Assembly (NCBI GenBank): GCA_000934665.2
Contig: KZ538362.1
Coordinates: forward strand, 1-64,000
Length of the DNA stretch: 64,000 nt
From: Catajapyx aquilonaris
Lineage: Eukaryota
Direction: 5' to 3'
This document shows, one piece after another, positions 63,817 to 64,000 of this stretch; positions within the stretch are counted from its first letter, which is position 1, and each line of letters opens with the position of its first letter. The position numbers and the translations under genes were made by a program. A model generated the notes under the pieces. It was not told the DNA's origin. It worked only from the letters and a program-made list of their open reading frames with translations, and did not search any database.

Positions 63817-63922
63817 CGAGGGGTTATTCACAAAGGGTAGTCTGTGTACACCTTCGTGGGTAGTCCGGGGGTAGTCCGAGGGTAGTCCGAGTAGTCCGGC
63901 ATTGTAAGTGAATAACCCCTCG
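63817..63922. mobile_element. Mini-MITE with 15-bp perfect TIR
   Basis: CGAGGGGTTATTCAC / GTGAATAACCCCTCG, internal GGGTAGTCCG repeats; a related decayed copy lies near 21660-21730. Confidence 0.7.
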
Positions 63923-64000
63923 GTTTTAGGCTAGGATATGTGGAATTTGTTGTCTAATTTTCAATATATTTTGATGGTTAATATCATGTGAGACACCTGG

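Overview
This window is repeat-rich, apparently non-coding animal (invertebrate, plausibly arthropod) genomic DNA: a large intron or gene desert. I can support no protein-coding gene, tRNA, rRNA or CRISPR array; the longest ORFs are translations of tandem repeats, MITEs or SINEs. More than half the window is repeats: tRNA-derived SINEs (three families), MITEs with hAT-, Tc1/mariner-, PIF/Harbinger- and Helentron-like ends, hairpins, and over 20 unrelated mini/microsatellite arrays. The most striking unexplained structure is about 30 unique 0.4-1 kb islands, roughly one per 2 kb. Most have a C/pyrimidine-rich left flank and a G/purine-rich right flank around a core dense in transcription-factor-like motifs, and they are separated by repeat blocks of similar length but different sequence. 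All calls come from reading by eye; family names and motif identities rest on recalled consensus sequences and need database confirmation. Boundaries of degenerate arrays and islands are approximate.
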